From assembly GCA_021613535.1 (NCBI GenBank), contig CP075496.1, positions 310,001 to 374,000 on the forward strand: DNA of 64,000 bases, in the 5' to 3' direction. The first letter of the stretch is position 1, and each line of letters starts with the position of its first letter. The DNA comes from Adineta vaga. Taxonomy: Eukaryota; Animalia; Rotifera. Positions 14,095 to 26,430 of this stretch are shown in pieces. Both the position numbers and the translations under genes were made by a program. The notes below the pieces were generated by a model that worked only from the letters and a program-made list of their open reading frames with translations, was not told the origin of the DNA and did no database searches.

Positions 14095-15216
14095 TCATGC
14101 AATATATCCAGCACAATTGCCTTTGCCAAGTTGACAAGCTTCTTTTGATGCATCAGATTGAATACATTTTGCTTGAGATTGATCACACGATACGACAGAA
14201 CCGATACACCATGGTAATAAGGGAAATTTTATACATTGACATGCTGCTTTAAGTGGTGCAGGAAAGGAAATTGAACAACCACCATTTTTATATTCACAAC
14301 TACATTTATTTGGTGATGATAGATTCTTTGTAGAAATAGGAATAGAAGATGAAGGATTAGCCAAAGTTAAACCCATTGAATTCGCTACGTTTTTCAATGC
14401 TGCAACTCGATTTGTCAATATTCCATGAACACCCATGTTAATATAATCTTCCATTGATGAATCCAAATCAACAGTCCATATAATAGTTAAACCATTTTCA
14501 CTTGTTGTTCTACCAGCAATACTCGCTGTAAGAGCAGAATTAAAAACTTTTGGTAAACAACCACTAGTACCAGTTGAATAGATACGATTCGTTGTTAAAC
14601 GAGAAAGCATACTTATAACATCATAATATTCATTACCTTCTTCATCAAATGTAAAAAAATAACGATCTTTATATGCTGAATTCGTTGCTGTTAGAACTGC
14701 TGCTTGAATATAATCATATGAAGCTATTTTGGCCGCTGAGATAAGAACTTTTCCTTGAAAGCCTTTAGCCATTAAATTACTATCTACAAATGGAATAATA
14801 GCTTCACCAGCTTTCTTCAGTCGACTTCCCCATGCTGGATCAACTTTCGAATCAATATACAAAAGAGCAACAGTATTCAATGTTGCAATATATTGAAGAT
14901 GATTTACAGCATCATTGCTACCTGCAGATCCGTCACATTGATCACCATCAAGAGCCTTACAGATATGATCATTGGTCAAAGCACATATACAATCACATGG
15001 AGATCCATGAGAAACAGTAGTAGGATTTCCATCATTGTTAAATCGAATATCAGTTTCAAGTGCATTAGCACCTTGTGATAATGCCCAATCTACGGCTGCT
15101 TTTGTATTTGTCATATGTGCGATAATATAGAATGGATCTTGAGTTTTGGCTGTTTGTACTACGAAGAGAATCGATAATTGTAGTGAAATCACAAGATAAA
15201 ATCTTCGATAATTCAT
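14095..15216 (-). CDS. Secreted sphingomyelinase D / SicTox-like phospholipase D with Cys-rich C-terminal domain
   Basis: Signal peptide; catalytic motifs IAHM, ALETD, HGSPCDC, IDSK, WTVD, GILTN; C-terminal ~70-aa domain with 10 Cys; intronless. Confidence 0.9.
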   Translation of the reverse strand: MNYRRFYLVISLQLSILFVVQTAKTQDPFYIIAHMTNTKAAVDWALSQGANALETDIRFNNDGNPTTVSHGSPCDCICALTNDHICKALDGDQCDGSAGSNDAVNHLQYIATLNTVALLYIDSKVDPAWGSRLKKAGEAIIPFVDSNLMAKGFQGKVLISAAKIASYDYIQAAVLTATNSAYKDRYFFTFDEEGNEYYDVISMLSRLTTNRIYSTGTSGCLPKVFNSALTASIAGRTTSENGLTIIWTVDLDSSMEDYINMGVHGILTNRVAALKNVANSMGLTLANPSSSIPISTKNLSSPNKCSCEYKNGGCSISFPAPLKAACQCIKFPLLPWCIGSVVSCDQSQAKCIQSDASKEACQLGKGNCAGYIA

Positions 15217-16254
15217 TATAATGGATTAATTAAATTTTAAACGAGAAATATAAGAAAAATATATTTCCAAGCTGAATAATCAAATTGATCTTACTTGAAT
15301 GAGTGAATGAAGGATATATATATATACAATTATATTAAACGACGACAATTATCCCACGAAAAACAAAATTATTCATCGTCAACTAATCTGCGTTTGTATT
15401 GTTAATTATAGAGATAAATGACGTTGATATTTTCATTTATTTTTAGTCATATAGGTGAATACGTATAAAAATTGTTAATAAAAAAAGGAAAATTTTGTAG
15501 AATATTACATACAGGATTAATTTATATACTTTTACTATTATTATCATCATTAAATATAAAGTTTAAAAAAATCATATCAACGTTGTAAGAAAAGACTTTA
15601 TTTTATTATTCTATTTATAGCACGAAATCGACCTTTGCATTGAACACATCAAATCGTCTTTTAGATTTTCATAATATTTCTTCTAGTTATTGTGTGGGTT
15701 CTTATTCATGACGTCATCTCATAAATATTTCATTGGATCTTCAGTTTTATGTCTAAAATGACGTGTAGGTAAGAACGAAAAAAAGAAGCGTATTTTGAAT
15801 ACAAAATCTTGTGATAGTTATTTACTAAATTCCTCATGATTGAGGGTGTGGATGTTTAAGAAAAGAAAAATACTCTCACTTCTCTTCAATGATAAAATTA
15901 GAAAGAAGATCATTCAATAGTTAATTATAGAAACAAGAAAAAATGCTTCATTTTTTGATCTATTTTCTTTCTTTTGAATAATAATTAATTACTGGAAAGC
16001 AGGAAGAACAATATGAATCTTTTTCTAATGATCTATTCTAAAAATAAATTCTTCTTTTCTCCCTGTCGTTCATTGATTCATTGAATGTTCTTAAATTACA
16101 TGTCTGTTGTCACTTTCTATCTGTTAATTTTCATGAAAATCTTTTCTCTTATCATCCCTTCAGTGCTTGTCTTAGGTATTTACGTCATTGACAAATTTAA
16201 AAATAACCTATGATTTCTTTCACATTTATTTAAAATTTCCCCGCATTATATCAA

Positions 16255-17214
16255 ATGTCGACATCAGAATTTCTCTACTTTTTTCAACAAAATCTATTTA
16301 AATATGGTGGTCCTATACTCATAGCTATTGGTACACTAAGTTCCATAATCAATCTAATAGTATTTACACAAAAAACTCTACGAAAAAATCCATGTACAAT
16401 ATGTTTAATCATTGTTAATAGTATTAATCTTATTTATTTTTACGTCGGTCTTCTTTTTACAGTACTTGCATCTGGTTATGGTATTGATCCAAGTGCAAAT
16501 AACATAATCTTTTGTCGATTTCGTTATTATATAGCTTTCCTTCTTGCATGTTGGGAATCATCTTGTCTCATTTTAGCTTCTATTGATCGAACATTAGTCA
16601 CTTCACCAAATGCTTCAACAAGAAAACTTAGTACACGTCGATTGATTGTTATAACTATCATTGTTATATGTTTATTTTGGGCAATTTTTCATGTTCACGC
16701 ATTAATTCATATGCAAATTCTTCAATATGGACCTGATTATTTCATTTGTTATTATGAATCAGGTTCATATACAACATTTGTTACTTATTATTCACTTTTA
16801 ATCAATGGTCTATTTCCACCTATTCTCATGCTCATTTTTGGATATTGGACAGTGAGAAATATTCGTGAAATTCGTCGTGCAACACGGCATTCTGGCACAA
16901 TTAATTCAATTGTTGTTGTTGCAATTAGTAGACCACAAATACTTCAATCAAAAGATCAACAATTGGTTCGAATATTACTTGTAGAACTTATCACTTATAT
17001 TCTATACAAATGTCCAATTACAATCTGCTATATTTATCAAGAAATTACACATCATATTGAAAAAACTGTAGAACAACAATTGATTGAACAATATATTTTA
17101 TCATTAACATTTTTCATATATTTTATCGAGAATAGTATTACTTGTTATGCAAATATTTTGGTATCAAAAACTTTTCGTTCAGAACTAAAACGTATTTTAT
17201 TCAATGTTCGTTAA
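16255..17214 (+). CDS. Rhodopsin-class 7TM GPCR (intronless)
   Basis: Seven hydrophobic segments, LRKNPC in ICL1, CRFRYY in TM3, ASIDR (DRY-like), SKTFR after TM7. Confidence 0.9.
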   Translation: MSTSEFLYFFQQNLFKYGGPILIAIGTLSSIINLIVFTQKTLRKNPCTICLIIVNSINLIYFYVGLLFTVLASGYGIDPSANNIIFCRFRYYIAFLLACWESSCLILASIDRTLVTSPNASTRKLSTRRLIVITIIVICLFWAIFHVHALIHMQILQYGPDYFICYYESGSYTTFVTYYSLLINGLFPPILMLIFGYWTVRNIREIRRATRHSGTINSIVVVAISRPQILQSKDQQLVRILLVELITYILYKCPITICYIYQEITHHIEKTVEQQLIEQYILSLTFFIYFIENSITCYANILVSKTFRSELKRILFNVR

Positions 17215-17291
17215 ATGTGTCGTTATCCACAATATTAACTATATGATTTATATTTCAATAAGAAAACAGTTGTAATTAAATAAAAATCGAT

Positions 17292-17352
17292 ATTGAAAGT
17301 GGGTGTGGGTGATAATAGTAGGTCACTCCCACACCCATACAACACCCTCAAT
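17292..17352. repeat. Telomere-like hairpin element downstream of GPCR
   Basis: attgaaagtgggtgtgggtg-ataatagtaggtcact-cccacacccatacaacaccctcaat. Confidence 0.75.
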
Positions 17353-19399
17353 ATAGTTACGAATCTGATATAATTTTTTAACCAAAGCGTGGTTTTCTAT
17401 CTAAATTTTGCCCGAAAAAAGTCTCAAAATGCGAGAAAAACTGCATTCAGAAACCACGTTGCCTATAGATATGTCTCAAATGACAAGTCGTTTTGAGGTT
17501 TCCTATATGCCTGGCCTTGTAGCTTGTCAAAAGGACTATCAAATGGTAAAAATCTATTCTATATAGTTATCAATATCATTCAGCTATTGTGCAAATACTA
17601 ATGTTTGTATTTATCATATGCTTCTTATAGATTTATAAAGTTGCTTACGAATGTAATCCTGATAGAGAGAAATATAAAAATTTATTGAAAAACGTGTCAT
17701 CGAAAATCGTACTCATCAAAAAGATTTTTCATGGTAATTTTGATGCGCACACATTTCAGCATGACTCATCTCTGTCATACACTTTTTACAGTACACATAA
17801 TCTCTCGGATAAAATTCGAACTTTCCAGATTTATTTTATTTCGATAGTAGACAAGTTAATTCATTAATCAATAATTGTTTTAGAGAGAAAACAGACAAAT
17901 CGTGTTTAAAAAAATGCTTGCATCCCAAACGAGTATCAAGAGTCTTTTATTTGTACCAGAAAAAAATAAGTAGGTCTATTGAGAAGTTTCTTCTCTTGAA
18001 ATAGAATAAATTAGGTGCTGGTAAAGCGCATGAATTATACTTTGTACGTTATTTTCACATGTGGCAAAGCCTGTCCATACCGATATATAATAAACTCATC
18101 AGAGTTTGGTTGTGCGGTGAAAATACCATGAATTGAATGGTAATTATGAGGTGCAGAGGTCAGATTAATATCTGGAGCTGAACATTGTTTTACATTGCCT
18201 AGCAAAACTTTCGTTTGATATAATACACGTTGATTGTCCTTTTCAAGATTGGGAAATGTATTTGAATGTTCATTCTTTGGATTTTGACTAAAGTATGCTC
18301 CATTCCCTAAGGAAAAATTATAAATCTAGTATGAAGGAATAAATATGTACATGATAATTAGATATTGCAAAATAAAATTATTATGGCAAGATATTCATAT
18401 AAGGGTTAATGATAAATGAAATCTCTTTTTCGACGTTTACGACTCTATGCACATATGAGAATCAAAGCTTTGAAGATATTCTTATCGAAATATTTTTTCT
18501 TTGTTAAAAACAGTTTGCTTCAGTCTAAATCATTGAGATCTTCAATATAAGTCAATCAATATTTATTTAATCTATACGAAAACATTTGTGTGATGTTTAA
18601 TTCGACAATTTTCAGCTTCAGATAGGTCATTTTTAGCAAAGAACATATTGACTATTAGTGTAATCTAGATTTTAATAATGATTACTTTCACGTTGTGTTA
18701 GTATTTGTAACGTTATTGTCACACCCATTCTTTTTAATTCTTTTTCTGATCTTACTATCATCTGTATCTTTTTCACGTCTGTTTGTCCTATTCGTATTTT
18801 TCTTTTCATTGCGTATATATAATGCTATTCTTGAGGAGAGGAAGTAAAGGGAAACTTAGTTTCATTAGCAATAAAGTTTGTCCACATCTGGCTTACTTTT
18901 GATTATACTACTATCACTAAGAGTATCGATCAAAATATTATTCGTGTACATTTATCTTATAAGACAGTATCTCTAGACGTTTTTCATATTCTAACAACGT
19001 TATCTTAAACGTTTGAAAACGACTGTACTCTGGTCTCGTAAGATACAAATTTTCATCGTATTTTACTGTAGTTCATTATACCGAAGAAGGAAATTTATGT
19101 AACGAAATAAGTGAAAAGCATTACATCCTTATTTTTGTCCATATTTTGCATTCTGTCCTTATAATTCTTTATTCGTTTCTCCTTTGATGGAAGAGTATAT
19201 AAGTGACTTTTTTGTATGAGAACGATGCGACATATGGTATGAAGAAATAAAGGAAAGTGTAGCACCACACGATCAGCGCTAGTGTCTCTTCTATCTAAAA
19301 TCGTCAATTTAGTGTGCATTGGCAACGTTGGAATATTGCATCATATATTTCACGATATCCTAGTTTATGATCTAGATTGCTACGAAAAGAATTTCTTAC

Positions 19400-19524
19400 C
19401 CCAGTTTCCTTGTCGATAATTCTTTTTATCAAAACCAAAGTCAGCAATTTGGTCAATATCTGCTCCTATAAGAAAATTAATGAATAAATATAAAAGATAA
19501 TCAGATAATTTAATGCGAAGTTTT

Positions 19525-19556
<32 letters not shown>

Positions 19557-22520
19557 GTATTAGTTTACCTATTGTACCGTGATATAGCAGCATTTCATTT
19601 CCGTTTGCTATTGCTGAGTCTTTTTGAATGAATTTTTTAGCTTCTTCATATATTGCTTCCAATGCAGTATTCTTGATTTGTTCAACAGACACAACCTGCA
19701 CAGAATCTGGCGCATAACATGTTCGCATGCGTTGTTCTATTTGACGGTAAATATTGTCTGTTTTTGATAACGCTGTCAGTTCAGCTTTTGCTGGAGCAAC
19801 TACACACGGTGGTACAGGTATAAAAGTTTGAGTAAGTTGTGTCCATCCGCGAGTTATCATCTTCTTTGCTCTTTCGCCAACAAGTTTTCCAGCTGGTTCA
19901 TCATTAATTTCCGCCAACAAACAATAAGAACGTTTTTTAATATTATTCACAATTTTTTCTAGAGTTATGTCATATGGAGACTGAGTAATATCAATGCGCA
20001 TTCCCAAATGTCTTGTGTGATCTTTTTCCACATATAAATTATTTACATCAAAATCAATGCGTTCATAATGAATTGTGCCTACATGTGGTGTGATCAAGTC
20101 AACTATGAAAGGACCTGTCTTGGTATTTTGATCGATTACTAATACATATCGCCATTGATCTCTATGAACGCGAACTGCTATCTGTAGTTTTCCCAGTTCA
20201 GTGACGATTTCATTAACGTCAGACAAGCCATGCGTAGGCAAATAACAATCTAAATCAGCTGGAACTATTTCCGGATGTAAATGTGGTATGGATCCGTTGT
20301 ATACAATCCATTGATCCATAGGCACATTCTTAGGGTACGCTGTGTAACCTCCAACAACCCAGTCCCTTATAAATCCGCCATAAAGTTTACAATCAAATTT
20401 GCAAATCAACAACCAGGCAACAGTGAGCATTCTCTCTTCTCTACTGCCTTTCTGAATTTGTACTTGGTTGAACGGCATTTGTTTGCTATTAGCGATTTGA
20501 GTAATACGTCTTTCGATGTCTTCATAAATATTTTTTGATGCGTGTCCTGTTTTTGATGTCGGGCTAGGTACAAGTATTCTTGGTGGAAGAGCTAAAATTA
20601 AGAACAGTGTACAAATTACAAAACACTAGCAAAACGAGTTTTCATAGGAAAACATTAAAATATAGTGCTTTCTAAATAAATAAAAAATAGCAATGCAATT
20701 ATTCGATAAAGAAACAACATGGGTTCAAATATGTCAAAAATGAATAGCCTATTTGGGTTATCGGAATTTCAGCAATAAAACTTTCGCCAATCGGACATTC
20801 GCACATGGCGAAAGTCTGTACTGCGACATGCATGCTACCCTCAAGTCCACTGTCTATAGATATAGACTACAATTTTCTTGAGAATGTCGATGTGAAAATT
20901 TGTGCGTATTATTGTAACCATATATCTTTTTTTATATTCTCATTCATATCCACACTGTTGAAAGTTGAACCTATTGTTGCAATACGTTTTGCACTATTTC
21001 AAAATATTTTCTTAGGATTATTTTTACCTGCACTAATCTGAATAGCTTCGGCTTTGATGTTGAGAGATTTCTTTTTCCAATTGAGACTTGCATCGAGGTC
21101 ACCTTTCATCGCAGCCATCTGACCCAAGTCATCGTATAAATCGACAAGCAGATGATCATTTGGTGAAAGTTCATCTATCATACGCTGATAGTACTTTTCG
21201 GCTAGATCAAATTTACCCATTTTCCATAAGACTCTTCCAAATAATTGAAGTGTAGCTTTCTTATTTCCATAATCATTTTTCATGTGCTCAATGACTTCTT
21301 TTAAATCATTCTCTTGATCACTGCATAATGTTACTTGAATGTTCCAAATGCCGTTGCTTCCTTGACGAATTTTGTTAAGACGAAAAATCGAACCGAACAT
21401 GAACAACACTTCAAATTCATGTTTGAATGGACTATGAGAGGATACATTAGCAAATGGCTTGCTTGCGACATTATTTGGATTTGCCTCAATCTCAAACAAG
21501 ACTCGTTCTAGATCATGTGGAATACTACTGCCAGTCGAAAATAACAAAGCTTGTTTAGGATCGACGCTTGTAGATAGAAAAGAGTTCATCGATATGAGTT
21601 GATTTACTGACTGCTGTAAAGTTTTCAGTTCATCTTTCGACACCAACTGACCTCGATAGACGCGAATGGTATGCGAACACTGATTTTCTTTCAACTGTTG
21701 ATAAATATCACGGCAGAATGATCGAAGAAGAAAAAGTATATGGATGTCCTGTACACGAAAAGCTTTGTTTAATATTTTATACAGGAAACATTCACGAGTA
21801 TACCATTGTAATGCCTTGGTAGGCGAATAACTCTGCTCATATTCGGCTAATATGCTTAACTCCAAATCGTTTCCTTTATACTGAGTTTTACAAAGATCAA
21901 TCAACTCTTTTTTATCTTTTTCAGTAACCTTCAATCTGAGCAAGACATCCATGAGCACTTGCCAATGAACGAACTGACCATTTAGACTGACTGCTGACTT
22001 GTCTTTTTTTGTTTTATCAAAGAAAAAGATTTCGAACGACAGAAAATTTGCCAATTTCAGTCGATTCTGTTGATCAGCTGTTACTTGGGAAACAAGAACA
22101 CTTAGCTCAGTTATAACTGCTTTTACCTGAAAAAAAGTATGAAAAATTGATATCATAGATTATATGTCAAACTTTGTAGAACTTTTTAGCCCAAGTATTA
22201 TGCAAAGTTTCGTCCATACAATACACATAAATATCCGAAATTTGTGGAATATGATGAATGCGCGGTATTTCATGCTGACCCAAACTACCACTTATAATAA
22301 GTACCAGATAATAGCCTGGAGTGACCTGCTTGATATAGTTGCGAAACTCATCTGGATCATCGAATGTCTTGAGATAATTGATGGCTGCACGAAGTTTTTT
22401 CTGTGTCTCTTGATTATCCTTGGTTTTATAAACATTCAAATCTAACCAAATAAGACTAAATGCTTCAAGATTTTTGTCAGCAGTGCCAAATCCAGTTTTT
22501 GAGACAACTGACTTAGCCAT
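19400..22520 (-). CDS. Multidomain fusion: REC-like domain - mono-ADP-ribosyltransferase - TPR - class II (CCA/poly(A)-polymerase-like) nucleotidyltransferase - truncated PARP catalytic domain
   Basis: Exon 22173-22520 (LIWLD...IISGSLG...IYVYC); exon ~21028-22126 (ART motifs YRG, FLSTS, EFE, then TPRs); a phase-1 junction joins it in frame to the exon starting ~20591, which runs into ORF 19510-20478 (GGFIRD, DLD, RIDFDVNNL; then VEQIKN, LYHGT); exon ~19400-19465 (GFDKKNYRQGNWG). No downstream GxYFA exon found. Confidence 0.75.
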
Positions 22521-22900
22521 AATCGTTGAATCAGATTGTTGCAAGCGGCAAACGAATTATTTCCCGATAAACTTACTGTGAAATGTATTTGGCAAATACC
22601 AACAAATCTGAAATATATATATGGGTTCCTTATCTAGTGCAAATATTCTGTTCTTCGCGAAAAAAAGATTTAGAAAACATAAAGTCTTTTTTTTTATTTG
22701 CTTACAGCTACTTGAGTTTACGCACTTCACTGATACAGGTTCGTTGAAAAGGAATGCAAAAACAAAAGGTCTTATTTTATATAATGTATCATAAAGTGAT
22801 TTTGAGATTCAAGAACTCCAACCTAAGATTAGCTTCTTTTAAATTGTATAAAGAAATGTCTTGATGGTAGGGTGAATGTACAATGTCTCAGAGAAAGAAG

Positions 22901-23009
22901 ATGTGGGTGAGAGTATTCTGTTATACGTGACTCACACCCATATCCACACCCACACCCACACCCTCAAGATGTGAATGTGGGTGATAGTAGTATGTCACAC
23001 CCACACACC
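22901..23009. repeat. Two adjacent telomere-like hairpin elements
   Basis: atgtgggtga...ctcacacccatatccacacccacacccacaccctcaag followed by gtgggtgatagtagtatgtcacacccacac; the second spacer resembles the 17311 spacer. Confidence 0.75.
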
Positions 23010-23753
23010 AAAAGAGAAAAGTAAATTGTTAGATGATAATAAATTTCTTTTTCTTTTAATATACAATAAATATAAATAAAAAGGTATTGCAAATATAAAT
23101 GATAAAATGAATGCTTTGATAAATTGAATATTTTCAATATCTTGTAAATTCAATTGATCATCATAAAAATATGTAAATATATTCATTTGAAATAAACAAA
23201 TTGTAATAAAAGGTATTTTAAAACTTAAATTATATTTTGAATAACAAAATGATATGATAAGAATTGTTGTTAATGGTAAAGATATATTATAAGTAAATAA
23301 AAGATAATTATATGAACTTTCTAAATACCAATATAATGAATGAAAGAAATAAGGAATTAAATATAAAACACAAATCATATCTTGTTGAAATAAAGTTAAA
23401 ATAAAAATGAAAAATGCAATTAAATGATGTAAAAATGTATTAAAACTAAGTAAAAATTTATTTGTATAAATCATTTCTATAAAATATAATATACTATTAC
23501 TTATTAAAACAAAATTAAATTGAAAAATAGCTAAATGTTTAGAATATTGAGTTGATGGAAGAATTTTTTTTACTTTTATACAATAACAAATACAAATTAG
23601 AATTTCAATAAACCAAAATTGATTGAAAATATAATAAATATTTGGAATAAAACCATCTAAATCTTTAGATATTTCAATCCATATAAAGAATAGTTTGAAA
23701 TAGAAATAACTTCTTTCAAATATCATCGATATTTCTTCATAGATATTCATCAA
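22995..23753 (-). CDS. Polytopic membrane protein, possibly TLC (TRAM/LAG1/CLN8)-like
   Basis: 252-aa ORF with ~6-7 hydrophobic helices and an FLHHL motif; its last codons and stop lie within the hairpin repeat. Confidence 0.55.
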   Translation of the reverse strand: MMNIYEEISMIFERSYFYFKLFFIWIEISKDLDGFIPNIYYIFNQFWFIEILICICYCIKVKKILPSTQYSKHLAIFQFNFVLISNSILYFIEMIYTNKFLLSFNTFLHHLIAFFIFILTLFQQDMICVLYLIPYFFHSLYWYLESSYNYLLFTYNISLPLTTILIISFCYSKYNLSFKIPFITICLFQMNIFTYFYDDQLNLQDIENIQFIKAFILSFIFAIPFYLYLLYIKRKRNLLSSNNLLFSFGVWV

Positions 23754-23917
23754 ATAAATCTAAAAAAACAAAAGAATTAAAATATCATAATGATTGTAGA
23801 GAGAGTAAATGAAATCATTTTATTGATTAAATAGAAAGAAACAAAGAAAAATAACTACAATAAAATATAATTTTAAATCTTTTCTTTGTTTTTTTTAGTC
23901 ATTTAGTAAATTCTATA

Positions 23918-24525
23918 TTATCCACAAAGAACATGTCGATCGGATGTTGGATATTTTTTACATTTTGTTCCTTTTCCACATAATTGTTTAACAGACCAAT
24001 TATCTATAGAATAAATAATAAAATAATAAAATAAAATATTTTTAAAATAATATATTACTATAAACACAAGTAATAAATCCTTCATTTCCAACACATTTTT
24101 GTTTACCATGATTTTTATTATTACAAGATTCCGATGCAGCTTCTCCTAATTTATACATAAGTTGAGGAGTAATACATACTGAACGTTTTAATTTTTTCGA
24201 ATAGAAACATTTTTTATTTCCACTAAATAAAAATCGAAATTATATAAAACTTGCAATTTCAATCTAATTATACTTACGCAGCTCTTTTACGTCGTCCATC
24301 TTTACATGCTCCTGTTGCAAAAGTCGTAGCTATTGGAACAGCTATTGCACAAAAAAGTGCTCCAAATGGACCCGCTGCTAGACAAGGTGCAGCTGATGCC
24401 CATGCAATAGTACCAGTTACTCCAGCTTGACATTTAGTTTTTTTATCACCTGCTTCTATTTCAATCATTTGAATACATAATATAGTAACAATGAATACGA
24501 TCAATGGAATGCCAATGATTTTCAT
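23918..24525 (-). CDS. Secreted precursor: signal peptide + 4-Cys Gly/Ala-rich peptide + GRRKR site + linker + CBM19-like Cys-rich module
   Basis: Three exons (24278-24525, 24059-24222, 23918-24003) splice in frame through 55-bp GT-AG introns; C-terminus CNNKNHGKQKCVGNEGFITCVYNNWSVKQLCGKGTKCKKYPTSDRHVLCG. Confidence 0.75.
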
Positions 24526-26430
24526 TTTGATAGTTTCTTAAATTTATTTATATTTATAAAAATTAGAATTAAATTACATTAATCTGTTATAATATTCAAA
24601 GAAATCTTGACTACACTTCACAAATCTTTATATCTCAGATGTTCTGAATTATTATATTTATTTTAACTAATTTTCATTATCATATAAAGTAATAAAAGAA
24701 GAGAAACTTACATATCGTTTGATTCTATTGACTTATAATTCTTCTTTACAGATGTGTATATTTATTAGTATAGTAATTGTAAAAGATTAATAACTACGAT
24801 GAATATAGTTAAATAAAACATAGTTACTACTTGCCATCTCTATATAAAGATTTTAGATACTATCAAAACATTATAATGCCTTTCAGTGCATACTGATAAC
24901 AAAATAATACAATAATATGTAGAATAGATGTTAAGAATAACATTTAATGAAAATGTGAATCTGATAAGAACAAATATACGATGTGAACTATTTTATGCTA
25001 AAGATAGAATTTAATGAGAATATTAATATAGTAATGGTAGATATGATATATGAAATATCACGACACAACGAAAGGTAACACTCAGGCATATAACAACAAA
25101 GAAAATGATGAGATGAAATCTATAATGCCTCAAAATACACCTTTTAAAAAAATATAAGAAACTGTATAGGGCTCAACGTTTCTCAAATACGAGATGGGTG
25201 TGACTACGTGTAGGTAATGATGTTAGTATAATTTCTTTCACCATGCACACCCACACCCAAAAGTATTGAACGATCTTTTATTGACAATATTTAAGAGAAT
25301 TTTATCAGATAGATAATTTAATATATCGATATTTTGAATAATATAAATAATCTTGATCAGAATCAAGTTCTCATTCTTCTCTTGTACATTACGTATATAA
25401 GTATGATAATATGAAGCATCAACGCATGTTTTACATGTAATTAAACCATGATTACTTAAAATCACTACATCTTTATCTCCTAAATCACGTACAATACGTT
25501 TATGTTACCTAGATGAATTATATTTCCATTAAAATCAAATTTGACTATGATAATGCAGTAATTTCACGATAACTCAAATTAAATGGATTAATTAATAGAT
25601 ATTATTTACCATTTGGTCAATTCAATTCGTATTTTTTGTTTATCAATACTAAAATTACTGAAGAGATCATCATCTATTACTCGTGATCATGATATATTGT
25701 TATTTTTATTCTTTTGTGAATAATTTTCATCGTTTGAAAAGAAAAATAACATTATATGACGATTTTTAGTAGAAGAGATATATACGTTAATGGAACTACG
25801 CCTTAATTTAGTTCTTCCAATCATAAATCGCATCTTTTACATAGAAAAACACGCAGTTATATATGTGCAACCAAAAGAAAGAGAACGAAAAGAACAAATG
25901 TACGAGAAAAAGAGAAGAACCAAGAAAAATAAATAGAACGATATCGTCCCAGATATCTTTACACATTAGTTAAGCGTCGATTATTTTCGTGGCTTGATAG
26001 ATTAAAGTATGTATATAGTTTTTCTTTACTGTAAAAAAGATAGAAGTAGGGAAAGTGAAAATATCACTAAACTATGATTTATCTGTTTACTAACGAATTC
26101 TATTTCAATCAATTGAAGTTAATCGATTTAGTAGATAAAAAAGATAACGTTTGCTATGTAAATGACAACAACAACAACAACAACAGTTTTTTATTTTGAT
26201 TCTTTTTTCAAATTTAACATTAACGACTAAATATAAGTTTTAAAATCTATTGTAACACAAAATTATCTCAAACCCATGACATATAGGTCGATGTTGTACA
26301 CGTATCTTTTCTTTTTACAGAAGTAATGAAGTGAAATCTTATTCTACCTACTATATCGTCGGTTGCTGAGTCTAATAAAATTTCGTTTCAGTTTATTTTA
26401 TTTTTTTGTAGACAAGTTGTTGTAAACGAA

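Noticed and set aside
19095-19360. Continuation of the PARP domain
   Set aside because: No GxGxYF or catalytic-Glu exon found; the nearest acceptor gives a short unrelated tail ending at ~19304
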